Positions 14,416 to 27,088 are shown, numbered from the stretch's first letter. The stretch is DNA of 64,000 nt from Squalus acanthias (GCA_030390025.1 CM059432.1:130946001-131010000); one strand, 5' to 3'. Notes: a model not told the origin generated them from the sequence alone. Numbers and translations: made by a program.

Positions 14416-15479
14416 ATCTTCAAGTTTTGTCAGGAGGCAATGTACCTTTATTGGACTTTGCCATAAAGACTTCCATAATAGCCACTAGGGCTGCATTCTC
14501 ACTGAATAACTTTTGCAATTAAATCCTCTGCTCATACATTTTTGCCTGTAATGACACTTTCACGAGGTGTCTTGATGATGGCATGCACTTGATAGCCTTA
14601 TTACATAAGATACTTCCAAGAGATTTTTACTCTGCTAAGTGTAAGTGGATCTCGGAGGAATTATTTTGGTTGTTTCCTCCTCATATGACCTGTAACACTT
14701 CTCTACCCATGTTCAGAAAGTTATTAGAGTCCCATCGCCTAGGAGCAGACAGCACTAAATAGTTCTGGAACCTCTAATGAAATCCAGTATGTTCTTTTCT
14801 GCTATCTGGCACCTTAAAAGTCAGTTTTTGTGTCCATTTGGAATGTTGACATGTTTGAGCCTTGCCACAGGGTTTGATCCAATATTGGTTTCTTCTAACA
14901 TTATGCTAAGAAATATCAGGTAAATATATGAATTAATGCAGCCTTTCAATTTCTGTGTGCCTTCTTGATAGTAATTCTAGTTTGAATCTGCCCCCACCCG
15001 ATTGAAGGGATGAAAATCTCTGCTAGCTGTAAGACTTCATAGGAAAATCTTAGTTTGGCATATCTCGGCCTAGATCCTCGGATAGAGGCCCACAGTGTGA
15101 TATTGATTATATGTTGGCAGTCCCATTTCACAATTGATTATTTTTCAGTAAAGACTCTTTTGAAATAGCGGGAGAATGAGGAGTTACGGTCCTTTTGGCA
15201 GAGTAGGAGAGGATTTTGCACCATGTTTGCTCTGTTTTGTCCAACCTGAGCGGGTTTAGTGTGGACTCTTGGTGCTAAAAGTAAGTGGTCCATTTCTACT
15301 ACTGACATCCTTCACTTCGAGTACAGAAATTCAACTTTTTGTTACATGGTTTTCTACTGGAGGTTAGTAACACATTTAGTCTTGGTTGCTGCTGTGAATC
15401 TTAATGTATCGGTGTAATAATTATGTACACTTTTTGGGCTGAAGTTGTACTATCTCAGCCTTGACTCTGTCACATTACT

Positions 15480-15873
15480 TGCGCCTCAAAGTCAGAAGAC
15501 TGGGTTCAAGTCCCACTCCAGAGACTTGAGCACATAATCCAGGCTGATGCTTCAATGCAGTACTAAGGGGATGGTGCACTGTCAAAGGTATCATCTTTCA
15601 GATGAGAATTTGGATCAATTCTGCCCTCTGAAGTGAAAGTAAAATATTCGAAGACGAGCAGGGGAATTATCCCGGTGTCCTGGCCAACATTTATTCCTGA
15701 ACCAACCTCACTAAAGCAGATTATCTGCTTTATCTCATTGCTGTTTATGGAACAAATTGGCTGTCGCTTTTCCTTGCATTACAACAGTGATTACACTACA
15801 AAAGTACTTCATTGGCTGTCAAGTGTTTTGGAGTGTCCTGAGGGTGTGAAAGGCACTAAATAAATACAAGTTC
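15480..15873 (+). mobile_element. Deu-domain SINE, degenerate, near full length
   Basis: B-box-like gggttcaagtccc head, partial Deu core, L2-like tail. Confidence 0.75.
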
Positions 15874-16011
15874 ATTCGTCAATGCATAAGTGGGAATGGA
15901 GTTAGCGCCCTTCAACTTTTTTCAAGGAATTACCCTACAAATGTAATAGATAGTACCAAGAATTTATTTTCAAAAGCACCAAAACCCCCACAAAATCCAG
16001 CAATATCAGCC

Positions 16012-16515
16012 TCATGTCCAATTTCCTGCCCGCTCCCCGTAACCCCTAATTCCCTTTACTTCTAGGAAACTGTCTATTTCTGTTTTAAAGTTATTTAATG
16101 ATGTAGCTTCCACAGCTTCCTGGGGCAGCAAATTCCACAGACCTACTACCCTCTGAGTGAAGAAGTTTCTCCTCATCTCAGTTTTGAAAGAGCAGCCCCT
16201 TATTCTAAGATTATGCCCCCTAGTTCTAGTTTCACCCATCCTTGGGAACATCCTTACCGCATCCACCCGATCAAGCCCCTTCACAATCTTATATGTTTCA
16301 ATAAGATCGCCTCTCATTCTTCTGAACTCCAATGAGTAGAGTCCCAATCTACTCAACCTCTCCTCGTATGTCCACCCCCTCATCCCCGGGATTAACCGAG
16401 TGAACCTTCTTTGTACTGCCTCGAGAGCAAGTATGTCTTTTCTTAAGTATGGACACCAAAACTGTATGCAGTATTCCAGATGCGGTCTCACCAATACCCT
16501 ATATAACTGCAGCAA
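16012..16515 (-). mobile_element. CR1 LINE 3' fragment with open ORF2 C-terminus
   Basis: LYRVLVRPHLEYCIQFW...VQRRFTRLIPG...RRMRGDLIETYKI...RRNFFTQRVV. Confidence 0.92.
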
Positions 16516-16970
16516 TATGCATTTGTAATACACAAATTATTTTTAAGTATTTTGGTACACTTTTATACATTTCCATGCACTGAAGTTTGACATGGAAATA
16601 AAAAGGGCAAATTACTTATTAAATTTGTACAGAAAATAAGCCACTGCCATAGGATATAGGAAATACCTTTTACAAGGGCAGTGCAACATTTGGGATCAGC
16701 AGCGGTAAGCACCATGGATTTTTTACACTTAGCCATATCATTTGTGGAGGTGCCAAGAAGTAGCCAAGTGTTTCAGAAAAAGGAAATAATTATGGCAATT
16801 CCTTGGATGTTTTCCTTGGCTGCAGGAGATGCAAGTGAAAGGATGTTAAAAGGATTGATTTAGTACTCTATGCATAAGCAGTTCTTTATACACAAATTTG
16901 TTACAAAAGCATAAATGTATAGAGGGCAAAATGTCATGAGTATTATTATCATAAGGTCTGTAAGGACATG

Positions 16971-19180
16971 GGCCTAGAAATTCGTGGCCATCATGAAACC
17001 TGCCAGTGCCACCGCGGCCGTGGGTTAACGGCTTCCGAAAATGGTGGCACTTGTAGGACTGAAAAATTGACGCTGGGGACTAATGATTATTAGTCCAGCG
17101 CGAAACTCACCGTTTAACGCCCTTCTGGTGGCATTCTTCCCAGCATCAGGCCCCAATGTGGTTTCTACAAGCAGCGTTGCAACTTCAAACAGCCTTTGAA
17201 AGAGAGGCTGTGATTTTTGCAAACCATTGTGGGATCTTAAAAGGGCAATGCATTGTCGTTTTCTTAAAAGGGCAATGTCTTCTGAGATAAAAATAAAAAT
17301 GCTGTAAAAATATGCAGTATTCAGCTCTTGCAGCTCGTGCCTTGTGAAAAATTTTTTACATTAAAAAGAATTCCCAAATGGGAGTCTTCAGCTCTTAAAG
17401 CTGAATTCCCTTCCGCACCTTAAAAAAAAATGGGAAAAGTGCTTCAGCACTAACACACATGATTTAGCAAGCCAGGGAAGGGGCACCCAGGGTCTCGCAC
17501 AGCAGCACTCCAGTTTTGTGCAAGGCGTCAACACTACAAGAGAGGTCCTGTACCCACAGGGGCCAGGAGGCCCTCCAGAAAGAAGAATGTGGGATCAGAT
17601 CACCGTGGCCATCACTGCCAGCAGTGTCTCCCCACGACCTGGCTCCAGTGCCCAAAGATGCTTCATGATCTTAGACCAGTGGTCAAGATCAGTGAATGCA
17701 TCTTCAAAAGCTGTCTCCTACCAACTGCATCACGAGCCTCACACACTTCTCCAATGCATGACTCTTTTCTCCTTCTTCCCCCCCCCCGCCTCCCCCAATC
17801 ACTCACCTACCAACAATCTGTACCAAACACGAAGCACACCTTCCATTCCTAGCTTCACCTCATCTCTTTGGAGGAGACGGTGCTGGCCATTCTTCGCAGG
17901 GGCATGGCTGAGCCCTTGGCCAGTGGCGGGGCTGAAAGGATACAAGATGCTGGTATCCTCATACGTTATCATCTTCCTCGCATGCACCTCTTGCTTTCCC
18001 GCCCTCCCCTGACCACAACTCCACCCTTGTGCCTTCCTCATTTCACACACCCAAGAAATGCAGCCTGCCCAGCCAGTGGTTGACCAAGAAGAGGAAGAAG
18101 AGAATGAAGAAGAAACACCGTCACTTTATTTGACTTTCCCAGCCACCAGCTTGACCAGCAAGGCCATTTACAGTGTCCCCCACAGAAAGTCAGCAGCCTT
18201 CCACCAGCTATGCTGCAGCCACTGGAGTAGCATTGCGTGACATCAGTAGGATAGGCAAAGGCACACACAAGATGGTCACTAAGGGAATGCATAAGGGTGA
18301 TGAGTTGATTTCTTGATGTCTTATTGGATGGATAGATGTATAAAGTTGGATTGGAAAGTTTGCTTTGTGGTGGCTTTTATTTCAGCATTGTGGTCAAGAG
18401 GATGCTGTGATGGTCAGTAACAGGGAAGGTAAGGTGTGGGACAAATGTTGAAAGGGGAATTGGGGTTGTGGTTACTGATACCGCAGGCGGATGATTCCAT
18501 CCCGGATATCCCAGACAGAAAGGGGCTTTCTGAGTTGCTTCCTCCTCTTCTGCTTCCTCCTCTTCCTCTGCGAGGGGATGCTGTAAATCTGAAATGCCAG
18601 CATAAAATGCTGGAAATACTCAGCAGGTCAGGCAGCATCTTGACCTGAAACGTGAACTCTGTTTATCTTTCCATGAATGTTGCCTGATCTGTTGAGTATT
18701 TCCAGCATTTTCTGTCTTGTCAGAGTATTTCCTTTACCATCTGAGGCCTTGCAAGCATCCAGAAGCACTCCCTGCACACTTTAAAAAAAAAACTTTTAAC
18801 ATGTATTGCACCAAGCCACTACTTCAATAAAATAAAAAAAAAATCCAGCCCAAAAGCTTAAATGCAAACTTACCTGAAAGATGTGTGTGTCCCTTTAAGA
18901 GGTGCTGACAATACCTCTGTCAGTCTGCAGAATGCTTGGTTTTCATGGCGAGCTTCGGACCCAGTGCTGAACTCAGCGTTAAGGTCGAAGTTCGCTGAGG
19001 TGACAAGCCCCCTCTTAATTTACATCTCCAGGGCCAGCGCCGCTATCGGCAACGCTAAGGCCCTCACCAAAATGGCTGCCACCGAGTCCCGCGCCACAAA
19101 GGGCGCTAGAGTGGCAGCCGCCATTTTTAGACCGGATCGCGGTGCAAATGGGTGGCGGTAAGTGGGCCAATTTCTAGGCC
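16971..19180 (+). mobile_element. PIF/Harbinger DNA transposon deletion derivative with Myb/SANT gene relic and transposase C-terminal relic
   Basis: Perfect 12-bp TIRs GGCCTAGAAATT (16971) and AATTTCTAGGCC (19169-19180). Frameshifted RAPR...EVLYPQ...WDQI...TWLQCPKMLHDLRPVVK at about 17480-17690. Minus-strand acidic tail ending ...IRDGIIRLRYQ* at about 18472-18575. Confidence 0.8.
18578..18720. mobile_element. Inverted pair of Penelope pLTR fragments nested in the Harbinger element
   Basis: aaaatgctggaaatactcagcaggtcaggcagcat is followed by gacctgaaacgtgaactctg and the complementary tgcctgatctgttgagtatttccagcatttt. Confidence 0.7.

Positions 19181-19182
<2 letters not shown>

Positions 19183-19212
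<30 letters not shown>
19183..19212 (+). repeat. (TG)15 microsatellite
   Basis: Read directly from the sequence. Confidence 0.95.
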
Positions 19213-19218
<6 letters not shown>

Positions 19219-20455
19219 GAATTTTGATTGCTCTCTTTTCCTCATCCCTTAAGTCATCGTGAGGTTTGGTAACTTTTTATGCAGTTAGGAATAGTCAACA
19301 AAAAACATTAGAGGTTAAATCCCTGGAAAAAGAATTTTGGTGATAAACAAAACTGCAATGCTATCCAACAAATTGTGCACTGCACTGGCTCTTCAGTACT
19401 TGATCCTTCTGGCATTCAAAGTAAATCAGGACCTGCCAGGACTTAAAAAAAAAATTGTAGTCTTAAAGTTGGTTATTTGCAGGTCTTGCTGTAGACATTT
19501 AAATTTGGTGCAGACGTTGCTGTGAAGTCCAAGGGTTTTTAATTAAATCTTAGAAAATTTATTTGAATATTGGATCAGTGATGGAAAGTTTCAAAACCCA
19601 TCCTCCCCATGCCAGAATTCAGTTCGGAGATAATATTGTTTCTGCCCCTTGGCTTGTATTACATTGTACTTTTGTTATGCTTACCGCCAAATCAAATATT
19701 GTGTATCCTTGAGGTCTTTGGTAAAATTAAGTTGCATCTCAAGGTTTTGTTTAAGGGGAAGAAGAGTGATAACAAAGTGGCAGTTCTGTAGTCTTGCACT
19801 AAAACTAGCTATCAAACTGCTGTGTCATACACTTAAGATGTCTTTTAAAAAAAAAAATTCCTTTACTCACAAGCATCAGCAATAATTTTAAAAGTTGAGG
19901 AAACCATTACACTTTCAAATGGGCAAATTTGATCTAGTTTTGTTTCAGTTTACAAGAACAACAAAGAATGCTTTTGAAATCTGCCCATACTTTGGAGAGT
20001 TGCAGGTTTCATTGCTGATGCTATTTCGGATACCCCTTCATTGGCCCCATGTCTACGTGCAGAAATCCTATTGTAACAAATTCCTGATTATAATTCAGCT
20101 TCTGTATGAAACTTCTTTCCAAAGCAACTCTCCACTCAGCCAGCCTCCTACGATTGTGATAAATCATAATCAGAAGTGCAATTGCACAGAGTGAGTGAGG
20201 TTCCTAATATTGATGTGTATGTGGTGCATTACTGATTAGTAGCGCACTTGTCAACATTTCAAATAAAGGGTGAAAATGAGAATTCTTTTTCATTCTCTAT
20301 CTTCCACACAGTGTAAAATAGCTTAGGGGATACTATTGTGATATTGCATTGTATAAAGTCCATAGAATCAGTGCCATTGTGCCAATCCATTTATCTCCAG
20401 CTGATAGTTTTTTACTCCTTGTGTTGGACTTTTCATGGCCAAAGTTTGAGACAGC

Positions 20456-20688
20456 GGGTTAGATTTTGCGAGGTGAGGCTCTTGGTTCAGACCCCAACAT
20501 ACCAGAAGCCTGGGTAAAAGAATCTTGCGCAGAGGTCAATGCGTTTGATTTTCCAATCATTAGAATTAATGTCCGGAAAATCAGAGCAGCACAAATCAGG
20601 CACATTGAAAAACTGGGGATGGAGGTCAATCATCTGCTCCTGGCAAGTGAAGCTCCTTGCCAGGAGCCTCATTGTGCAAAATTATCCC
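20456..20688. mobile_element. Degenerate MITE, probably Harbinger-like
   Basis: Imperfect ~30-bp terminal inverted repeats gggttagattttgcgaggtgaggctcttgg / ccaggagcctcattgtgcaaaattatccc. Confidence 0.55.
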
Positions 20689-20825
20689 TACTCTATTTAG
20701 CGCCTTCATAGTACTAAATTTGACTGACATTCTGTTGTCTAAATGGTCTGTCAGGGTTCTTGTTTTCCAGGATCCTAGGGTGACGAACATCCAGAAAATA
20801 TGTAGGCCTGATCATTTGAGGGCAA

Positions 20826-21282
20826 GAGAAAGAAAGACAGACTTGCATTTATATAGCGCCTTTCACGACCACCGGACGTCTCAAAGCACTTTACAGCCAA
20901 TGAAGTACTTTTGAAGTGGAGTCACTGTTGTAATGTGGGAAACTTGGCAGCCAATTTGCGCACAGCAAGCTCCCACTAACAGCAATGTGATCATGATCAG
21001 ATAATCTGTTTTGGTTATGTTGGTTGAGAGAAAAGTATTGGCCAGGACACCGGGGATAACTCCTCTACTCTTCTTAGAAATGGTGCCATGGGATCTTTTA
21101 TGTCCACCTGAGAGCAGGCGGGGCCTCGGTTTAACGTCTCATCCGAAAGAAGGCACCTCCGACAGTGTAGCGCTCCCTCAGTACTGCACTGGAATGTCAG
21201 CCTAGCTTTATGTGCTCAAGTCCCTGGAGTGGGACTTCTGACTCAGGTGAATGTGCTACCAACTGAGCCACAGCTGACACTT
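20826..21282 (-). mobile_element. Deu-domain SINE, near full length
   Basis: Minus strand has A-box TGGCTCAGTTGG, a complete Deu core (gtcggaggtgccttctttcggatgagacgttaaaccgaggcccc...gtaaaagatcccatggcac-like) and an L2-type tail. The B-box segment seen in the 15.5-kb copy is deleted here. Confidence 0.88.
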
Positions 21283-21599
21283 AAACACTGGCAGTTATAT
21301 AAAAGGACACCATGCACTTTAGGGAAACATTAGTGGCAGTGCATGGGTCATTGAGATTATCAGGGAGGGTATCTCTTCATTCTACAAGCCCACATCTAAG
21401 GTTCTGAGGCCTATCCTATTGGGCCAGCTGCCTTGTCAGCTGATAAACAAATAACCATCAGGGTAATGGAATGAATTTACCCCAACAGGGGAGGACTGGT
21501 GTCCACTCAGACATTTTGTAGTTCTCAAAAAGATAGAAGGACTACACCTAAAGGTGCAAGATTAATATGTCAAACAATACATTTAAGATGGCCATGCGT

Positions 21600-21811
21600 T
21601 TTTTTAATTTGTTTATGGGATGTGGGCGTCGCAGGCAAGGCCAGCATTTATTGCCCATCCCTAATTGCCCTTGAGAAGGTGGTGGTGAGCCGCCGCCTTG
21701 AATCGCTGTAGTCCGTGTGGTGAAGGTGCTCCCACAGAGCTATTAGGTACGGAGTTCCAGGATTTTGACCCAGCAACGATGAAGGATCGGCAGTATATTT
21801 CCAAGTCAGGA
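21600..21811 (-). mobile_element. 3' end of the second CR1/L2-group LINE family
   Basis: Reverse complement matches 32065-32250 (caccaccttctcaagggcaattagggatgggcaataaatgctgg). Confidence 0.85.
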
Positions 21812-21824
21812 TGCTACCACAGAT

Positions 21825-22480
21825 TATCCCGGAATTGGTTGATTGTCATAGACTTAAAAGACGCATTCTTCCCTATTGCCATATGGGAACGATACTGAAA
21901 AGTTTTTGAAGTTCAATTTTAAGTAGCAAAATTTTCAAAGCACTCTAGTTCGACTTCTCAGCACTTGATGTTTTCATAAAGTACCTGTCCTGGTTGCAGC
22001 ATGTTTCAGAATGCAGCATCATCTAGAATTATATCCACTTCTGGATGATTAGTTCATCAGAGTCCCATGCCTGACGTCTGCTAGCATGGCTCTGTGGCAA
22101 GTGCTCAGTACAGTTTAAGGCGGGAGATTTGGTCAATTACAAGAAGTTCAGCTACAACCCAGCAGGAGCTAATATTCTGAGGGACATTGTTTTGGAGGAT
22201 CTGACACTAATCCTTTCAGCCTTCAGACCAGTTTATAATTCTCAGCATCTGACATCCCCTGTGCAGGAAGAGATGTCGTTCTTGGTTAAAAAATTATTTA
22301 AGAATTTTAGGTCTGATGGGAGCAACTATCTTTAGTTCAAATAGCTAGCTTATGCGACCACTTCAGCTGAATGTGTACAGCTTGTGGTTTTCTACAGAGC
22401 CTTCCTTTCCAAAGCAGTAGGAATTGGCCTGGGTCCTGGTGGTACAATACACAGCAAGTTCCCTTGTTATCCAAGGATCA
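21825..22480 (+). mobile_element. Decayed DIRS-type retrotransposon reverse transcriptase relic
   Basis: NWLIVIDLKDAFFPIAIWERY*, followed across frameshifts by KFLKFNF...FKAL*F...VAACFR...LYPLLDD*FIR, which resembles the DIRS motif series DLKDAYFHI...LPFG...YLDDWLI. The 3' boundary is uncertain. Confidence 0.65.
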
Positions 22481-23042
22481 TACTGGGATGTGGGTGGGGC
22501 AGAGGCAGAGAGGAGCATGTTGGGTAACTTTAAAAAAAAAAGAATGCACATGGTCCTTTTAATTTTCTTCAGTTTTCTCTTGCTGAAACCACAGCCATAT
22601 GCTGGGGTTCACTTTGTGGATGCTGGTCATCTAATACCTTGCCCAAGTGGCACTCTTCATGTACGAAGCGAGTGAGTTAATCAGTTATCAGTATTATATT
22701 GAAGACAAATTCTAACCTTGCCCAACCTCTACACAATTTCAAGCAGGAGTCTCTGGATACCCTTTGCTAACATTTTTTCTTCCCCAGCCCATGAGCCAAT
22801 TGTAGTTGTATTGCTGCCCCAGCTGATATCAGTTTAAGTCTGAATGGATTGGGGCTTCCTCATCGGTTTGTGTCAATTTCACATTGTATAGTGTATTTAC
22901 CAACTGAGCCATTTTGGGGAGTAATAATGTGTAACGGGATTTTAATTTACCAGGCATTCAACGGTCCAATGGTGATTCAGCTGCCCTGTCCTCAATACCA
23001 GATGTAAGATTTGTAATAAATGATTGTTTTTCCCAATGCAAA

Positions 23043-24248
23043 AGGAATAGATAAGGGAGAACCAGTGGATGTGGTGCATTTGGATTTTCAGAAGGCCTTT
23101 GATAAAGTCCCACATAAGAGGTTAGTGTGCAAAATTAAAGCACGTGGGATTGGGGGTAATATACTGGCATGGATTGAAAATTGGTTAACAGACAGGAAAC
23201 AGAGAGTAGGAATAAATGGGTCTTTTTTGGGGTGGCAGGCGGTGACTAGTGGGGTACCGCAGGGATCAGTGCTTGGGCCCCAGCTATTCACTATATATCA
23301 ATGATTTGGATGAGGAAACCAAATGTAATATTTGCAAGTTTGCTGACGACACGAAACTAGGTGGGGTTGTGAGGAAGATGCAAAGAGGCTTCAAGGTGAT
23401 TTAGACAAGTTGAGTGAGTGGGCAAATACGTGGCAGATGCAGTATAATGTGGATAAATGTGAAGTTATCCACTTCGGTAGGAAAAACAGAAAGGCAGAGT
23501 ATTATTTAAATGGTGATAGATTGGGAAATGTTGATGTACAAAGGGACCTGGGTGTACTTGTACACCAGTCACTGAAAGCAAACATGCAGGTGCAGCAAGC
23601 AGTTAGGAATGCAAAAAAGATATGTTGGCCTTCATTGTAAGAGGATTTGAGTACAGGAGTAAGGATGTCTTACTACAGTTATTCAACGCCTTGGTGAGGC
23701 CACACCTGGAGTAGTGTGCGAAGTTTTGGTCTCCTTACCTAAGAAAGGATATACTTGCCATAGAGGGAGTGCAGCGACGGTTCACCAGACTGATTCCTGG
23801 GATGGCAGGACTGTCGTATGAGGAGAGATTGGGTCGACTAGGCCTGTATTCACTAGAGTTTAGAAGAATGAGAGGGGATCTCATTGAAACGTATAAAATT
23901 CTGACAGGGCTAGAGAGACTGGATGCAGGGAGGATGTTTCCCCTGGCTGTGGGGTCTAGAACGAGGGCTCACAGTCTCAGGATACGGGGTAGGACATTTA
24001 GGACTGAGATGAGAAATTTCTTCACTCAGAGGGTGGTGAACCTGTGGAATTCTCTACCACAGAAGGCTTTGGAGGCCAAGTCACTGAATATATTTAAGAA
24101 GGAGATAGATAGATTTCTAGACACAAAAGGCATCAAGGGGTATAGGGAGAGAGCGGGAATATGGTATTGAGATAGAGGATCAGCCATGCTCGAAGGGCTG
24201 AATGGCCTACTCCTGCTCCTATTTTTCTATGTTTTCTATGTTTCTATG
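23043..24248 (+). mobile_element. CR1 LINE, 5'-truncated, RT to 3' UTR with (TTTCTATG)-type tail
   Basis: DVVHLDFQKAFDKVPH, SGVPQGSVLGP and KFADD motifs, C-terminal domain, terminal tttctatg repeats. Confidence 0.95.
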
Positions 24249-24679
24249 AAGGCATGTACATCCCTAAAGTTAATGGAAAGGCACATGGTAAAACAAAGTC
24301 GAATTGGGTAGCGGGTCATGTGCAAGGACAAATCAGACTCGAGCAAAAAATATATTTACCGACCTAAAGACAATAGTTCTCAGAACAGGAATAGACATCA
24401 AGCTCAACTAAAGGCAACAAAAGCTGTTATGAGAGCAGCCAAAAAGTCATTGAAGCAGAAGATAGTTGATAACTTTGGTAGCAATAATATTTTTTAGCTA
24501 TGTTAGGAGCCAGATGGGTCATAAGGACTTTATAGGGCCGTTGACGTATTCCACAGGGCAGATTCAGGTGGGGTCCTAGTCGATGGCAGAGGTTGTCCTG
24601 AGGTCGTGAAAGGCGCTATATAAATACAAGTCTTTTTCTCTCCTTTCTTCCTTTCAAATCTAATGTATGTCATTTAATA

Positions 24680-25445
24680 TAGGTAAATGTAGAGTTATGC
24701 ACGTGGGTAGGGCTAACACCAACCAGGTGTATGGTTTGCACGATTGAGTACTTAAGGCTGTTGAGTGGGAGAAAGACCTATATATAGTACATGAACCTCA
24801 AGTTTTGCAATCAGTGCTGTGACACTATAGTAATAGCAAATAGAGTATTAGGATGTATAGCCAGGGCAATCCAATGCAAAGCAAAAAGCACTAAACTGCC
24901 CTTGTACAAGACCTGAGTTAGGTCTCATCTAGAATAACTGTCTAGTTTTGGTCTCCTCATATAAGAACATAAGAAATAGGAGCAGGAGTAGGCCATTTGG
25001 CCCTTAGAGCCTGCTCCGACATTCAATAAAATCATGGCTGATCTTCTACCTCATCTCCAATTTCCTACACTTTCCCCATGTCCCTTGATTCCCTTAGTAT
25101 TCAAAAATCTATCGATCTCTGTCTTGAATATACTCAACGACTGAGCTTCCAAAGCCCTCTGGGGTAGAGAATTCCAAAAATTCACCACCCTCTGAGTGAA
25201 GAAATTTCTCCTCATCTCAGTCCTAAATGGCTGACCTCTTACTCTGAGACTGTGACCCCTGGTTCTAGACTCACCAGCCAGGGACAACATCCTCCCTGCA
25301 TCTACCCTGTCAAGCCCTGTAAGAATTTTATGATGGGTGATATAGAGGCCCTGGAAAACGTTCAGAGGAGGGCCATTAGATTGATACCTAGCTTAAAGGT
25401 CCTGGGTTACTACTATTAGACTTGAGAGCTGGAATATTTACACTA
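24680..25445 (+). mobile_element. Older CR1 fragment split by a younger antisense CR1
   Basis: Degenerate KC..MH.G...EKDL...ANRVLGCI...LYK.LVR.HLE on the left resumes at about 25331 as DIEALENVQRRAIRLIP. Confidence 0.65.
24962..25330 (-). mobile_element. CR1 3' fragment
   Basis: ORF SRTRGHSLRVRGQPFRTEMRRNFFTQRVV plus 3' UTR and ttcttatg tail. Confidence 0.9.
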
Positions 25446-25713
25446 GACCAGCTAGTGTTTTCCTATCTGTAGTTTCTGTAGGTTCATATAGCTACTTCAG
25501 GCTTCTTGCAGACAAGTGTAGAAAAGTCCTTGTAGAATTTTTAATTCTTTTTATGGTGTAACACTTGGGCAGCCAACTCAGCAGGGGTAAGCTTTGTATA
25601 TTTTGTCAATTAAAGCCTTGTGATCATGGTAACCAGTCTACTCAAAGATCAGCACCAGTGTTTTTTTATTGATTTGTGGATAAAAGTTAAGTATAAGATT
25701 CCTGGAACTTTAG

Positions 25714-26630
25714 GGCGGAAAAATTGGGTATCGCCCATTTTGGGGCGCTAATATTAGCCGGGCGCAAAGTTTAGCGCCCGGTGCTAATTATCACCTCCGA
25801 CTGCAAAATTCGCCTCTATCGCCCCTGGAGGTGACCGGAGCGCTAAATCAAACGCTACACACCTAACATTGGGGAGCGAGGTGCTACCTCAGAACGCTAC
25901 CGAAGCTCGGGCGATGTCAGTTACCATGGAAGCCAGACAGACTGGCGCCGTCCAGTTCTTGCTGGCCAGCTCACCCTGCTCATTGCAGCCTTGAATCTTG
26001 GCCTGGAGAGACCTCTAAAGCAAATGTGTTGGAAGCACTAATGATAGGCCCAGGGAAAGAGCTCGGCGCTTAGGAACCTCCAAAGTGGTTCTCGGGACCC
26101 AAAGCTCCTTTGGACAGCGTTGACTCTCGCTAGACACAAAAGGCATCAAGGGGTATGGGGAGAGAGCGGGAATATGGTATTGAGATAGAGGATCAACCAT
26201 GATCATATTGAATGACGGAGCAGGCTCGAGTGCCGAATGGCCTACTCCTGCTCTTATTTTTCTGTTTTTATGTTTCAGACGTCTCTCTCCCCCTCAACCT
26301 GCGTGTTCCAAAAAATTCGCCGACAAGAAAAGGCAGGAAGTGTCCACTTTTAAATAACGCTCCCCCAGCCCCTTCCCGACTTGAAAAAGTTCCCCTCTAC
26401 CTGTCGTTCCTAGCGGCAGGCGGTAAGGTAGGGGCGTGACTCAATATCTGGACTGGGGCATTGCACGCTCGATTGGCGTCACGATCTGCGGGCGCAGGAG
26501 ATCGAGGTGGTAGTGTTTTGTGCCGTCGCAAAACGACTGGTCAATTTCGCGAGCGGTGCTAAAATCGCTGCGATCAGGCGCTCAGTTCCTAGTGCCCCCC
26601 GGAGGCACTAACCAACCGAATTGTTCCCCC
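25714..26630. mobile_element. Harbinger-like MITE with a nested CR1 3' end (about 26130-26277)
   Basis: Imperfect TIRs ggcggaaaaattgg / ccgaattgttccccc, TAG on both flanks, CpG-rich. Ends are homologous to 39061-39834 in the opposite orientation. Confidence 0.8.
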
Positions 26631-27088
26631 TAGGTATTTAAATATTTGAGATTTAAAGTAGTCAGTTATACTCTTGATAAGAATTGATTAAAACCTGAAT
26701 AAATTTTGTGGGGAAAAAGGATTGTTTAAAGCCAAACTGAACTTTTCAGGAAAAACAAACATTATTTTCCATTAACTAACAATTGGCCACAAAAATGTGC
26801 AATTTTTAATCTCAAATGCAAGATCTTTTTATATTACTACTTGGTTCAAACTACTGGATAAAGTTCTTTAGAAAAGGCTTTGTATGTATGATAAAAGATT
26901 GTTGAAATGGTTATTATCCACAATTGACCGCTTGTCTTAAGAATTTACATAAAAACTGAAGTTCAGCCCTCTAGTTTGCATAATTGACAGACTTGTCTAA
27001 TTCTAATAATGATCCCTGCAACATGAAATAAGATTAATTACTGTTTGAAACCAGTAATGAGCCTCATTTATTGGGCAGAAAAAACGAG

